NCBI GenBank assembly: GCA_046330955.1
Contig: JAXLRT010000023.1
Span: 17,925 to 81,924 of the forward strand
DNA: 64,000 bases
Source: Kineosporiaceae bacterium
GTDB lineage: Bacteria; Actinomycetota; Actinomycetes; Actinomycetales; Kineosporiaceae
Direction: 5' to 3'
Shown here: positions 1 through 9,491 of the stretch, one piece after another
Layout of the letters: each line of letters opens with the position of its first letter
Numbering within the stretch: position 1 is the first letter of the stretch
The notes under the pieces: model-generated
What the model was told of the DNA's origin: nothing
Databases searched by the model: none
What the model saw: only the letters and a program-made list of their open reading frames with translations
Program-made: the position numbers and the translations under genes

Positions 1-773
1 GTGGTCACCAACTCGTCGACGCGCCGTAGGGCGTCGGTCTCGCCCGATTCGAGTGAGGCGGCCGAGGACTCGGTTGCGGGGGAGCTGGGCACCGAGCGCA
101 GCGCGACCGCGGCGGCCTGCTCGGCCTGGGCGAGCAGGGTGGCGGTGCGCCGCTCGACCGAGTCCAGGCGGGCGCGACCGGTGGCCCGGTGCTCCCGGGT
201 CCAGTCCTGCACCGCGGTGTAGCGATCGGTGGCGAAGATCTTCTCCAGCAGGGCGCGCCGGGTCTCGGCGTCGGCTCGCAGGAACGCGGCGAACTCGCCC
301 TGCGGCAACAGCACGAGCTTGGTGAACTCTTCCGGCCCCATGCCCAGCACGTCCTGCACCAGCAGACCCGCCTCGTCGAGCCGCGTGGTGCGGGGCTGCC
401 AGGCCTGGTCCTGCCATTCCTGCACGATCACCCGGGCCTGCGTGGTCGTCGTCCCGGAGCCGCGTTTCTTGGGCCGCTCCCACGACGGCGAGCGACGCAG
501 CAGCAGCCGGCGGGGGCCAACGGAGAACTCGAGCTCGACCTCGGGCACGTCACCGGCCTCGGCGTAGTGGCTGCGCAGCCCGGTGACCGTCGCCCGCGGC
601 CCGGGCACCCGACCGAACAGAGCGAAGCACACCGCATCGAGCACGCTGCTCTTGCCGGCCCCGGTCGACCCGTGCAGCAGGAACAGGCCCGCGGCCGAGA
701 GGTTGTCGAAATCGACCACCTGACGGTCCCGGAACGGCCCGAATGCCTGGATCTCGAGCCGGTGCAGTCTCAC
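1..773 (-). CDS. sbcC: SbcC / Rad50-type exonuclease ATPase subunit, N-terminal part (gene continues beyond the left edge)
   Basis: Manual minus-strand translation from GTG at 771-773 gives VRLHRLEIQAFGPFRDRQVVDFDNLSAAGLFLLHGSTGAGKSSVLDAV..., with a Walker A motif. The start overlaps the sbcD stop (GTGA). It is absent from the ORF track because it has no stop inside the window. Confidence 0.85.
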   Translation of the reverse strand, partial: MRLHRLEIQAFGPFRDRQVVDFDNLSAAGLFLLHGSTGAGKSSVLDAVCFALFGRVPGPRATVTGLRSHYAEAGDVPEVELEFSVGPRRLLLRRSPSWERPKKRGSGTTTTQARVIVQEWQDQAWQPRTTRLDEAGLLVQDVLGMGPEEFTKLVLLPQGEFAAFLRADAETRRALLEKIFATDRYTAVQDWTREHRATGRARLDSVERRTATLLAQAEQAAAVALRSVPSSPATESSAASLESGETDALRRVDELVT

Positions 774-2068
774 GAGACCTCCCGGTCCGGCTCGGCCGGG
801 GCGATGGCCTCGCCGGACGCCGAGGTCTCGGTAAGGCCAGATCGATCAGCCGGCTCGGCCTGGTCACGCTGATCGGCCCGGTGACGGGGGCCGGGCAGCA
901 CGCTCACCCCGCGGGCATCCAGTTCGGCCAGCCGGGTGGCGGTCAGCGCCTGCGACAGCCACGCGGTCTCGCGCTCGTCGGCCGGCCGCGACCGGACGTG
1001 CTCCAGGAACGAGGTGCAGACGGCCAGGTCGTCGCGCCCGGCCAAGCGCTGAGTGTAGGCGCGGTCGACCAGCACCACGCGGCCCAGATCGTCGACCGGC
1101 TCAAACCGCAGCTCGAGGGTGTGCGGGAACCGGGTGCGCAGCGCCTCGATCGCGCGCGCGGGACGATGCGGGTCGGTCAACGTGACCTGGCACCAGGACT
1201 GCTCGTGCTGGGCCAGGTCACCGCGCCACAGCAACTCCTCCAAGTTGCCGCGCAGCAGCGCCAGTCGTCGCGGCACCGGGGCGTCGACCGGCTCGACCGA
1301 TTCCAGCCCGTCACGCCCGAGCTGGACGAGATAGCTGCCCTTGGTGTGGGCGTGTTCGGAGAACGAGTACGCCAGCGGTGAGCCGCTGTAGCGCACGTTC
1401 TCGGCCAGCCGCTGCCGGCCGTGGAGGTGCCCGAGGGCCACGTAGTCGAATCCCTCGAACAGTGCCAGCGGCACCGAGGCCACGCCGCCGACAGCGATGT
1501 CCCGCTCGCTGTCGCTGCCCTGGCCACCCCCCACGAAGGTGTGCGCCGCCACCACCGACCGGGTGCCGCTCGGCCGCTCGGCCAGATCGGCCCGGACGGC
1601 GTCCAGCGCCGCCCCCAGCACCGCGGCATGGCTGTGGCCGCTGCCCAGCACCCCGGCCGCGAACGCCGGCTCCAGGTAGGGCAGGGGATAGATGGCCACC
1701 GGGCCGAACCGGTCCTCGAGCACCACCGGCTCGGCGCATCGGTGGGCATCGGTGCGAATGTGCACCCGGGCGGACTCCAGCAACCGCGAGCCGAACGAGA
1801 GCCGGGTGGCGGAGTCGTGGTTGCCCCCGGTGAGGATCACGCTCGCGCCGGTGCCCGCGAGCCGGGCCAGGGCGTCGTCCAGGAGGGCGACCACGTCGAC
1901 CCCCGGCAGCGCCCGATCGTAGATGTCCCCCGCGACCAGCACGACGTCCACCCGCTCGGCACGCACCACCTCGACCAGGTGATCGAGGACGGCGGCCTGG
2001 GCGTCGAGCATGCCGACGCGGTGGAACGAACGGCCCAGGTGCCAGTCGGAGGTATGCAGGATGCGCAC
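770..2068 (-). CDS. sbcD: Exonuclease SbcD (Mre11-type calcineurin-like phosphoesterase)
   Basis: Track ORF 770..2239. Motifs DWHLG, GDIYD and GGNHD are present. I moved the start to GTG 2068 (VRILHTSDWHLG), the usual N-terminus for this family. Confidence 0.9.
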   Translation of the reverse strand: MRILHTSDWHLGRSFHRVGMLDAQAAVLDHLVEVVRAERVDVVLVAGDIYDRALPGVDVVALLDDALARLAGTGASVILTGGNHDSATRLSFGSRLLESARVHIRTDAHRCAEPVVLEDRFGPVAIYPLPYLEPAFAAGVLGSGHSHAAVLGAALDAVRADLAERPSGTRSVVAAHTFVGGGQGSDSERDIAVGGVASVPLALFEGFDYVALGHLHGRQRLAENVRYSGSPLAYSFSEHAHTKGSYLVQLGRDGLESVEPVDAPVPRRLALLRGNLEELLWRGDLAQHEQSWCQVTLTDPHRPARAIEALRTRFPHTLELRFEPVDDLGRVVLVDRAYTQRLAGRDDLAVCTSFLEHVRSRPADERETAWLSQALTATRLAELDARGVSVLPGPRHRADQRDQAEPADRSGLTETSASGEAIAPAEPDREVS

Positions 2069-2207
2069 GGCACCGACTGTAGGGATGCCCACCGACAGTT
2101 GCCGGGACCCCACCCCGAGCAACGCCGATCCGTCCCGGGAACGATCCTGGGCGATGCCCTGAACCGACATCTTCCCGGCGGGTCGGTCCCTGTGCTTCCG
2201 TTGAGCC

Positions 2208-3686
2208 GTGGGCGACGAGGTGCAGGAGATCACGTACACGCGGGAACAGCGACTGCGCTACCGCGAGAAGGTCCAGTTGTGTCTGGACGTGTTCGAACGC
2301 ATGCTCTCATCAGCGACCTTCGATGCCCGCAAGCCGCTGACCGGCCTCGAGGTCGAACTCAACCTGGTCGACGCCGGCTACCAGCCCCATCTGGGCAACA
2401 TCGCCGTGCTCGAGGAGATCGCCGACCCCGCCTTCCAGACCGAGCTGGGCGCGTACAACATCGAGCTGAACGTGCCACCGCGTTCGCTGGCCGCCGACTC
2501 CTACCCGCTGCTCGAGGACGATCTGCGCGCGAGCCTGAACGAGGCCGAGTCCAAGGCCAACCGTCGCGGTGCGCACATCGTCATGGTCGGCATCCTGCCG
2601 ACGCTGATGGTCGAGCATCTGCAGGGCGACGCCTGGATGAGCCCGTCGGCCCGATACGCCGCCCTCAACAACTCGATCCTGTCAGCGAGAGGCGAGGACA
2701 TCCACCTCGACATCAGCGGCGTCGAGCGGCTCGATGTCTTCTCGCCCAGCCTGGCACCCGAGTCGGCCTGCACCAGCGTGCAGCTGCACCTGCAGGTCGA
2801 CCCGGCCGAGTTCGCCCCGACCTGGAACGCCGCCCAGGTGCTCGCCGGCCCCCAGCTCGCCCTGGGCGCCAACTCGCCCTACTTCTTCGGGCGAGAGCTG
2901 TGGCGCGAGACCCGGATCGAACTGTTCACCCAGTCGACCGACACCCGCCCGCTGGAGCTGAAGAACCAGGGCGTGCGACCGCGGGTGTGGTTCGGCGAAC
3001 GGTGGATCACCTCGATCTTCGACCTCTTCGAGGAGAACGTCCGGTACTTCCCGGCGCTGCTGCCCGAGGTGACCGACGAGGACCCGGCGGCCGAGTTCGA
3101 GGCCGGACGCGCGCCGAAGCTGCAGGAGCTGCGGCTGCACAACGGCACCATCTATCGCTGGAACCGGCCGGTCTACGACGTGGTGAACGGCGAGCCCCAC
3201 GTCCGGGTCGAGAACCGGGTGCTGCCCGCCGGCCCGACGGTGATCGACATCCTGGCCAACGCGGCGTTCTACTACGGCGTGCTGCGGGTGCTCACCGAGG
3301 AGGAGCGCCCGGTCTGGTCCAACCTGACCTTCCCGGCGGCCGAGGAGAACTTCACCGAGTGCGCCCGGCGGGGCATGGAGGCGCGGGTGTACTGGCCGGG
3401 GATCGGCGAGGTGACGATCGACGAGCTGGTGCTGCGCCGGCTGCTGCCGATGGCCTACGAGGGCCTGGAGCGCTGGGGCGTCTCGTCCCGCGCGGCGTCC
3501 CGCTATCTCGGGGTGATCGAGGGTCGCTGCACCACCGGACGCAACGGTGCCGGCTGGCAGGTCGAGGCGGTGCAGCGTTTCGAGGAGCGAGGCGACGACC
3601 GGACGACGGCACTCGGCAAGATGCTGGAGCGCTACTGCGAGGGCATGCACTCCAACGAACCGGTGCACACCTGGCCGCTGCCCTGA
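2208..3686 (+). CDS. Glutamate-cysteine ligase family 2 (GCS2) / carboxylate-amine ligase family protein
   Basis: 492 aa ORF. The N-terminal LTGLEVELNLVD acidic strand and overall length match the long actinobacterial GCS2-like proteins. Confidence 0.7.
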   Translation: MGDEVQEITYTREQRLRYREKVQLCLDVFERMLSSATFDARKPLTGLEVELNLVDAGYQPHLGNIAVLEEIADPAFQTELGAYNIELNVPPRSLAADSYPLLEDDLRASLNEAESKANRRGAHIVMVGILPTLMVEHLQGDAWMSPSARYAALNNSILSARGEDIHLDISGVERLDVFSPSLAPESACTSVQLHLQVDPAEFAPTWNAAQVLAGPQLALGANSPYFFGRELWRETRIELFTQSTDTRPLELKNQGVRPRVWFGERWITSIFDLFEENVRYFPALLPEVTDEDPAAEFEAGRAPKLQELRLHNGTIYRWNRPVYDVVNGEPHVRVENRVLPAGPTVIDILANAAFYYGVLRVLTEEERPVWSNLTFPAAEENFTECARRGMEARVYWPGIGEVTIDELVLRRLLPMAYEGLERWGVSSRAASRYLGVIEGRCTTGRNGAGWQVEAVQRFEERGDDRTTALGKMLERYCEGMHSNEPVHTWPLP

Positions 3687-3840
3687 CCGAGGCGACATCC
3701 GAGATCGCTGTCCGGGAGCCGGGTTCGGCACCAAAACCGCATAATCCGGATCCGAAACGATGCTCGAGGTCATGAGGCAGGTGACGTGCCTTAGCCTGAC
3801 CGTCGACACACACGATTGTTCGTTGGCGAAGGAGATTGCC

Positions 3841-5211
3841 GTGGCCGAGGGCCTGCGTCACAAGGTGGTGCTCGACGAGTCCGAGATGCCCACCCAGTGG
3901 TACAACATCGTCCCGGATCTGCCGGCCCCGCCGCCGCCGGCACTGCACCCGGGCACGTTGCAGCCCGCCGGGCCGGACGACTTCGCGCCGCTGTTCCCGA
4001 TGGAGCTGATCCTGCAAGAGGTCACCACCGAGCGGTACGTCGACATCCCCGACGAGGTCCAGGACGTCTACAAGCTCTGGCGTCCCTCGCCGCTGTACCG
4101 GGCGCACCGGTTGGAGAAGGCGCTCGGTACCCCGGCCCGGATCTACTACAAGTACGAGGGCGTCTCGCCCGCCGGCTCGCACAAGCCGAACACCGCCGTC
4201 CCGCAGGTGTACTACAACGCCAAGGCGGGCGTGCGGAAGCTGACCACCGAGACCGGCGCCGGCCAGTGGGGCACCGCGCTCGCCTTCGCCTGCGCCCAGT
4301 TCGGCCTGGAGTGCGAGGTGTGGCAGGTCGGGGCCTCCTACGACCAGAAGCCCTACCGCCGCACCATGATCGAGACCTTCGGCGGCACGGTGCACCGCTC
4401 GCCGTCCGAGCTGACCGCGTCCGGTCGTGCCCAGCTCGCCCACCGCCCCGATCACCCGGGATCCCTGGGCATCGCGATCAGCGAGGCGGTCGAGGTCGCC
4501 GCGCAGAGCGAAGACGTCAAGTACGCCCTGGGCAGCGTGCTCAACCACGTGCTGCTGCACCAGACGATCATCGGCGAGGAGGCACTGCTGCAGTTCGCCA
4601 AGATCGGCGAGAAGCCGGACGTGATCGTCGGCTGCACCGGCGGCGGCTCGAACTTCGGCGGCCTGACCTTCCCCTTCCTGCGGGAGAAGCTGGCCGGCGC
4701 CATGTCCCCGGTGATCCGCGCCGTCGAGCCGGCGTCCTGCCCGTCGCTGACCCAGGGCGTGTACGCCTACGACTTCGGTGACACAGCCGGCCTGACCCCA
4801 CTGATGAAGATGCACACCCTCGGTCACGGCTTCGTGCCGGACCCGATCCACGCCGGTGGCCTGCGCTACCACGGTATGTCGCCGCTGCTGTCGCACATCT
4901 ACGAGCTGGGCCTGATCGAGGCGCTCGCCGTGCCGCAGACCGAGTGCTTCGCCGCCGCCGTCCAGTTCGCCCGCACCGAGGGCATCGTGCCGGCCCCCGA
5001 GCCGACCCACGCCCTGGCCGCCTGCATCCGGGAGGCGTTGGCCTGCAAGGAGTCCGGCGAGGAGAAGGTGATCCTGACCGCCCTGTGCGGGCACGGCCAC
5101 CTCGACCTGGCCTCCTACGAGGCGTACCTGTCCGGGCGGATGGTCGACGAGAACCCGGACGAGGCGCGTTTCGCCGCTGCGCTGGCCGATCTGCCGAAGG
5201 TTCCGGCCTGA
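3841..5211 (+). CDS. TrpB-like PLP-dependent enzyme (tryptophan synthase beta chain 2, TrpB2 type)
   Basis: [30 protein letters not shown] (PLP lysine) and ETGAGQWG are present. The start is set at GTG 3841, 7 nt after GAAGGAG. The track ORF begins at 3760. Confidence 0.88.
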   Translation: MAEGLRHKVVLDESEMPTQWYNIVPDLPAPPPPALHPGTLQPAGPDDFAPLFPMELILQEVTTERYVDIPDEVQDVYKLWRPSPLYRAHRLEKALGTPARIYYKYEGVSPAGSHKPNTAVPQVYYNAKAGVRKLTTETGAGQWGTALAFACAQFGLECEVWQVGASYDQKPYRRTMIETFGGTVHRSPSELTASGRAQLAHRPDHPGSLGIAISEAVEVAAQSEDVKYALGSVLNHVLLHQTIIGEEALLQFAKIGEKPDVIVGCTGGGSNFGGLTFPFLREKLAGAMSPVIRAVEPASCPSLTQGVYAYDFGDTAGLTPLMKMHTLGHGFVPDPIHAGGLRYHGMSPLLSHIYELGLIEALAVPQTECFAAAVQFARTEGIVPAPEPTHALAACIREALACKESGEEKVILTALCGHGHLDLASYEAYLSGRMVDENPDEARFAAALADLPKVPA

Positions 5212-5237
5212 ACACCGATCCTGCGGAAGGTGCTGCG

Positions 5238-6461
5238 GTGAAGGGGGACGCCGGGCCGTTCGATCCGAGCGACCCGGCGTTCCTGGCCGATCCGTATCCT
5301 GCCTTCGCCGCGCTGCGCGCGCAGGGGCCGGTGCACCACCACCCGGGCCTCGGCCTGCACCTGGTGTTCACCCACGCCGGCTGCGATGCGGTGCTGCGCG
5401 ATCGGGGCCTGGGCCGGATCTGGCGCGATCGCGAGCCGGCCGAGGTGTTCCCGGCCTTCAACCTGCTGCACCAGACCTCGATCCTCGAGAGTGAGCCGCC
5501 GACCCACACCCGGTTGCGGCGGCTGGTGGCCGGTGCCTTCGGCCGGGGTCACGTCGAGCGGATGCGGCCGTGGATCGGCGAGCTGGCCGACCGCCTGGTC
5601 GCCGACCTGGCCGAACGACTGGCGGACGGCGAGGCGAGCGTCGACTTCATCGCCACCGTCGCCGAGCCGGTGCCGGTCGAGGTGATCGCCGAGCTGCTCG
5701 GCGTGCCGCAAGCCGACCGTCACCTGCTGCGGCCGTGGTCGAACGCGATCGTGAAGATGTACGAGTACGGCCTGGACACGGCCGGTCAGCAGGCCGCGGA
5801 GCAGGCCTCGGCCGCGTTCGTGGCCTACCTGCGCGAGCTGGTCGCCGAGCGGCGGGCTGCCCCGCGCGAGAACGACATGATCACCGATCTGGTGGCGGCC
5901 ACCGCCGACGTCGAGGGGACGCCGAGCAAGCTCACCGAGGACGAGGTGATCGGCACCTGCGTGCTGCTGCTCATGGCCGGGCACGAGGCCACGGTCAACG
6001 TCTCGGCCAACGGCCTGCTCGCCCTGCTCGACCGCCGGGAGGCCTGGCACCAGGTCGTCGCCGACCCCGACGCGGTGCCCGGCGCCGTGGAGGAGATGCT
6101 GCGGTTCGACTCCTCGCTGCAGCTGTTCGAGCGGACGGCGACCCGCGAGGTCGACGTGGCCGGCGTCCGGATCGAGCCCGGCCAGAAGGTTGCCGTGCTG
6201 TTGGGTGCGGCGAATCGTGATCCGGCGGTGTTCACCGAGCCGGACCGGTTCGATGTGGCCCGCACGCCCAACCCGCATCTGGCCTTTGGCGCCGGTATCC
6301 ATTTCTGCCTCGGCGGGCCGCTGGCCCGGGTCGAACTGCAGGCGACGTTGGACGCCGTCCGGCGCCTCATCCCGGACGCCATCGTCGCGGCGCGACCGTG
6401 TCGTCGGCAGGAGTTCGTGATCCGGGGACTGCACGAACTTCAGCTCGCCCGGGGCGGCTGA
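5238..6461 (+). CDS. Cytochrome P450
   Basis: Heme loop FGAGIHFCLGGPLA, I-helix AGHEAT and EMLRF (ExxR) are present. The start is GTG 5238 after GGAAGG. The track ORF from 4944 overlaps the upstream gene. Confidence 0.92.
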   Translation: MKGDAGPFDPSDPAFLADPYPAFAALRAQGPVHHHPGLGLHLVFTHAGCDAVLRDRGLGRIWRDREPAEVFPAFNLLHQTSILESEPPTHTRLRRLVAGAFGRGHVERMRPWIGELADRLVADLAERLADGEASVDFIATVAEPVPVEVIAELLGVPQADRHLLRPWSNAIVKMYEYGLDTAGQQAAEQASAAFVAYLRELVAERRAAPRENDMITDLVAATADVEGTPSKLTEDEVIGTCVLLLMAGHEATVNVSANGLLALLDRREAWHQVVADPDAVPGAVEEMLRFDSSLQLFERTATREVDVAGVRIEPGQKVAVLLGAANRDPAVFTEPDRFDVARTPNPHLAFGAGIHFCLGGPLARVELQATLDAVRRLIPDAIVAARPCRRQEFVIRGLHELQLARGG

Positions 6462-6476
6462 TCCCCGAGCGCGGGC

Positions 6477-7835
6477 TCAGACGTGGGAGTAGCCGAGTGC
6501 CTGGGTGATGCGGTGCAGGTAGGGCTCGAGCGCCGTCCGGTCGAAGGGGGCGACCGAGGTCTGGCACTGCACGGCCAGCTGCTCGAGGAAGTCGAGCTGG
6601 TCGGCCATCGAGTCCAGCTGCAGGTCGATCGGCCCGAGGTGGTTCGACAGCGCCACCGACTGGCGGTGCCGCAGCACCAGGATCCGCCACTGGCCCAGGA
6701 AGTGGCGGAACTCGCTCATCAGCCGGCCGGCCTCGCGGATCCGGGTGGCGACCGTGCCGAGCGAGAGGTTGACCTCCTCGATCTCGTGCCCCATCGCCAG
6801 GACGCCGGCCCGCACCGCCTCGCACAGCCGCGGGATCTCGGCCAGCGAACTCACCGGCGCGACACCGTCGATCACCTCCGCGGCGAAGGCCCCGACCATC
6901 TCGGTGTGCAGCCGGGCGAGCGCGATCCGGAAACCCAGTTCGGCGACCTCGTGACGCAGCGCGGTCAGTTCGGGGGTCAGGCCGTGCAGGGCCTCGACGG
7001 CCGAGGTCATCGGGTGGCCCATGACCCGGGCCACGTTGAGCAGCACCGGGCTGGTGTCGACCACGCTGGTGGACGCCGTGCGCGCCGCCTCGACCGAGGC
7101 CGACAGGCTGCTGGCCTGCTGGTAGACGGTGGCCGTGGCAGGTCCGAGCTGATCGATCAGGCCCCGATACCCGCCGAGGCGGTACACCAGGTGTTCGAGC
7201 TGGTCGTTGACCTGGGTCGCAGTCTGCAGGATCTCGGCCAGCGGACCGGTGGCGTGCGGCCGGGCGAAGGTCGTCGTCAGCAGCTCGCCCCGCGCGGCGA
7301 CCTCGCCGGGTAGCGCCGCCAGCATGAACTCGTCGTAGTCGGCGAAGCCGAGCCGGGCCAGTTCGCGCTCGATCTGCTGGGCTCCGGCCTGGGCGATCTC
7401 GGGGCGTGACATCCGCTGGTGGGCGGCCAGGTCGCGTTCGTAGGCCACGACGCTGCTGTACAGCGCGCTCGCGGCCGCGGCGAGCGGTCCACCGGGGGCC
7501 ATCCGTACCGAGAGGAAGTCGTCGCCGAGGGGGGTCACGGTGGCGAAGACCCGGTAGGAGGCGCCGTCCTTGGCCAGGTTGTTCACGTAGGCGGCCATGG
7601 GCCGTCCGGTGAGCAGCCGGTCCCACATCAGGCGGAAGGCGCCGGCCGGCATGCCGGGGTGGCGCACCACGCTGTGGGGCGAGCCGACCAGTTCCTCGGC
7701 GTGGAACCGGGAGATCCGCATGAAGACCGAGTTGCCGGTCTTGATGATCCCGCGACGGTCCGTGGTGGAGAAGAACAGTTCGTCGGGGCGGACGTAGCGT
7801 TCTTCGCCCGTGGGCGCAGGTGATTCCGACCGCAT
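6477..7835 (-). CDS. Aer-type PAS domain protein with a long helical C-terminal domain of unknown output
   Basis: FFSTTDRRGIIKTGNSVFMRISRFHAEELVGSPHSVVRHPGMPAGAFRLMWDRLLTGRPMAAYVNNLAKDGASYRVFATVTPL matches the Aer/FAD-type PAS pattern. The start is ATG 7835 (MRSESP). Confidence 0.75.
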   Translation of the reverse strand: MRSESPAPTGEERYVRPDELFFSTTDRRGIIKTGNSVFMRISRFHAEELVGSPHSVVRHPGMPAGAFRLMWDRLLTGRPMAAYVNNLAKDGASYRVFATVTPLGDDFLSVRMAPGGPLAAAASALYSSVVAYERDLAAHQRMSRPEIAQAGAQQIERELARLGFADYDEFMLAALPGEVAARGELLTTTFARPHATGPLAEILQTATQVNDQLEHLVYRLGGYRGLIDQLGPATATVYQQASSLSASVEAARTASTSVVDTSPVLLNVARVMGHPMTSAVEALHGLTPELTALRHEVAELGFRIALARLHTEMVGAFAAEVIDGVAPVSSLAEIPRLCEAVRAGVLAMGHEIEEVNLSLGTVATRIREAGRLMSEFRHFLGQWRILVLRHRQSVALSNHLGPIDLQLDSMADQLDFLEQLAVQCQTSVAPFDRTALEPYLHRITQALGYSHV

Positions 7836-7894
7836 GACGCCAGATTGTGCCTGGTCGATCGCGCTTTGTGCAGTCCTTTCGTGACACTGAGTGT

Positions 7895-7920
7895 GTTGAT
7901 CTCTACTCAATGAGATCAAC
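7895..7920. promoter_or_regulatory. Inverted repeat GTTGATCTC-N8-GAGATCAAC in the divergent PAS/PilZ intergenic region
   Basis: Read directly from the sequence. The arms are 9 bp and perfect, in a locally AT-richer stretch 12-37 nt upstream of the PilZ start. Confidence 0.5.
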
Positions 7921-7931
7921 AAGGGGTCACG

Positions 7932-8606
7932 ATGTGGCGGACCCGGCTCGAGGCGAGCGGTCCGGCGTCCGAAGTCATGAAGGTGGCCACTGTTGATCGC
8001 GGCACCCGGGTGGTGTTGCGCGCCGCTCACCGGACCGTGCCGCTGCGCACCCTGGCGCCGGTGACGCTCGAGGGTTCCTGGTCGGTGCCGGTGATGACCG
8101 AGGCGTTGCGCGGCGCCGTCCGGGGGATGCTCGAGGTCCAGACGCCGATGGGATTGATGAGCAGCGAGGCCGAGGTGGTGGGCACCGAGGCCGGCATGGT
8201 GCTGCGCGCGGTCCGGGACGCCGGGGTGCAGCAGGTGCAGCGCCGCTCACATGTGCGCGTCGCGGTCGACCTGGCCCTGCGGGCCGCAGCCCTGGCCGGC
8301 GGCCGTGCAGGGTGTCCGGAGGAGTTCGGCGGCCGCACCGTGAGCATCGGCGGTGGGGGAGTCTCGATCGCCTGGGACCATCCCGTGCCGCTGACCCTGG
8401 GAGCGCGGGTGTTCCTCGAGCTGCAGCTGCCGGACGCCGGGCTGATCCCGGCCGTGGTGCGGGTCGTGGCCGGGGACGACCACCGGGTGCGGGTGGCGTT
8501 CGTCGATGTGGCGCCGATCGACGTCGAGCGCCTGGTGGCCCTGGTGTTCCGGGTGCAGCGTGAGCAACTCGCCGAGCGTCGCCGGGGGCGGATGCCCACG
8601 CGCTGA
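7932..8606 (+). CDS. PilZ domain protein (putative c-di-GMP receptor, YcgR-like two-domain layout)
   Basis: RRSHVR (RxxxR) is followed about 30 aa later by TVSIGGGG, a variant of the D/NxSxxG motif. The C-terminal beta-barrel-like segment is VFLELQLPDAG...VRVAFVDV. Confidence 0.7.
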   Translation: MWRTRLEASGPASEVMKVATVDRGTRVVLRAAHRTVPLRTLAPVTLEGSWSVPVMTEALRGAVRGMLEVQTPMGLMSSEAEVVGTEAGMVLRAVRDAGVQQVQRRSHVRVAVDLALRAAALAGGRAGCPEEFGGRTVSIGGGGVSIAWDHPVPLTLGARVFLELQLPDAGLIPAVVRVVAGDDHRVRVAFVDVAPIDVERLVALVFRVQREQLAERRRGRMPTR

Positions 8607-8684
8607 CGTGGCTGCACTGACGTGCTGAACTGACGTGTTGCGCCGGCCTGCGAGGCTCGGTCGGCGCGGCTAGAGTCTGCCGGC

Positions 8685-9491
8685 GTGAGCGGGCCCGTGA
8701 GCGAGACCGAACTGCCCTCGTCGGACGGCGCGCGGGGCCTGGCCCTGGTGCGGGCACCCGGTCCCTTGCTGGACCAGGGCATCGTCACCCACATCTCGCG
8801 CAGCCCGGTCGACGTCGATCTGGCCTTGGCGCAGCACGCCGGGTACGTGGCCGCGCTGGAGCGCCACGGTTGGCGCCCGGTCGAGGTGTCGCCCGCCGAT
8901 GAGCACCCCGACGCCGTGTTCATCGAGGACACCGTGGTGGTGGTCGACGATCTGGCCGTGCTGACCCACCCGGGCGCCCTGGAGCGCCGTGGTGAGGTCG
9001 CGGGCACCGAGTCGGCCGTCGCCGAGCTGGGGTTGACGATCGCCCGTATCGAGGCGCCGGGCACGTTGGACGGCGGCGACGTGCTGCAGGTCGGGCTCAC
9101 GGTGTACGTCGGTCTGGGCGGCCGGACCAACGCCGAGGGCATCGCCCAGCTGACCCGCCTGCTCGCACCGCGTGGGCGCACCGTGGTGACGGTTCCGCTG
9201 CTCGAGGTGCTGCACCTGAAGTCCGCGCTCACGGCGCTGCCGGACGGTCGACTGATCGGGTTGCCGTCCCTGATCGAGGCCGCGTCGCTGCCCGCGATCG
9301 TGGTTCCGCCGGAGGAGGAGGGGGCTCACGTCGTCCCACTCGGCGGCGCCACCGTGCTGATGTCGGCCTCGGCGCCCCGGACGGCGCAGCTGCTGACGGA
9401 TGAGGGCCTGCGTCCCGAGGTGGTCGAGATCGGGGAGTTCGAGAAGCTCGAGGGCTGCGTCACCTGCCTGAGCGTGCTGATCAGCCACTGA
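8685..9491 (+). CDS. Dimethylarginine dimethylaminohydrolase (DDAH) / amidinotransferase superfamily
   Basis: ALVRAPGPLLDQGIVTHISRSPVDVDLALAQH, FIEDT and the C-terminal catalytic cysteine context EGCVTCLSVLI are present. Confidence 0.85.
   Translation: MSGPVSETELPSSDGARGLALVRAPGPLLDQGIVTHISRSPVDVDLALAQHAGYVAALERHGWRPVEVSPADEHPDAVFIEDTVVVVDDLAVLTHPGALERRGEVAGTESAVAELGLTIARIEAPGTLDGGDVLQVGLTVYVGLGGRTNAEGIAQLTRLLAPRGRTVVTVPLLEVLHLKSALTALPDGRLIGLPSLIEAASLPAIVVPPEEEGAHVVPLGGATVLMSASAPRTAQLLTDEGLRPEVVEIGEFEKLEGCVTCLSVLISH

Noticed and set aside
1421-3775. Very long track ORFs lie in alternative frames or on the opposite strand of recognised genes. Examples are 1421..3775 (+, 784 aa), 3352..5100 (-), 23826..25529 (+), 32968..34923 (+), 41151..43346 (-, 731 aa) and 35452..37566 (- upstream part).
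   Set aside because: Their products are Arg/Pro/Gly/Ala-rich low-complexity strings. Such shadow ORFs are typical of stop-codon-poor, high-GC DNA. Each overlaps a gene with clear family motifs in another frame.
6477-7835. Calling the PAS protein a methyl-accepting chemotaxis protein (Aer).
   Set aside because: The PAS domain is Aer-like. However, I could not find the highly conserved MCP signalling-hairpin motif or transmembrane segments, so the output domain is left unassigned.
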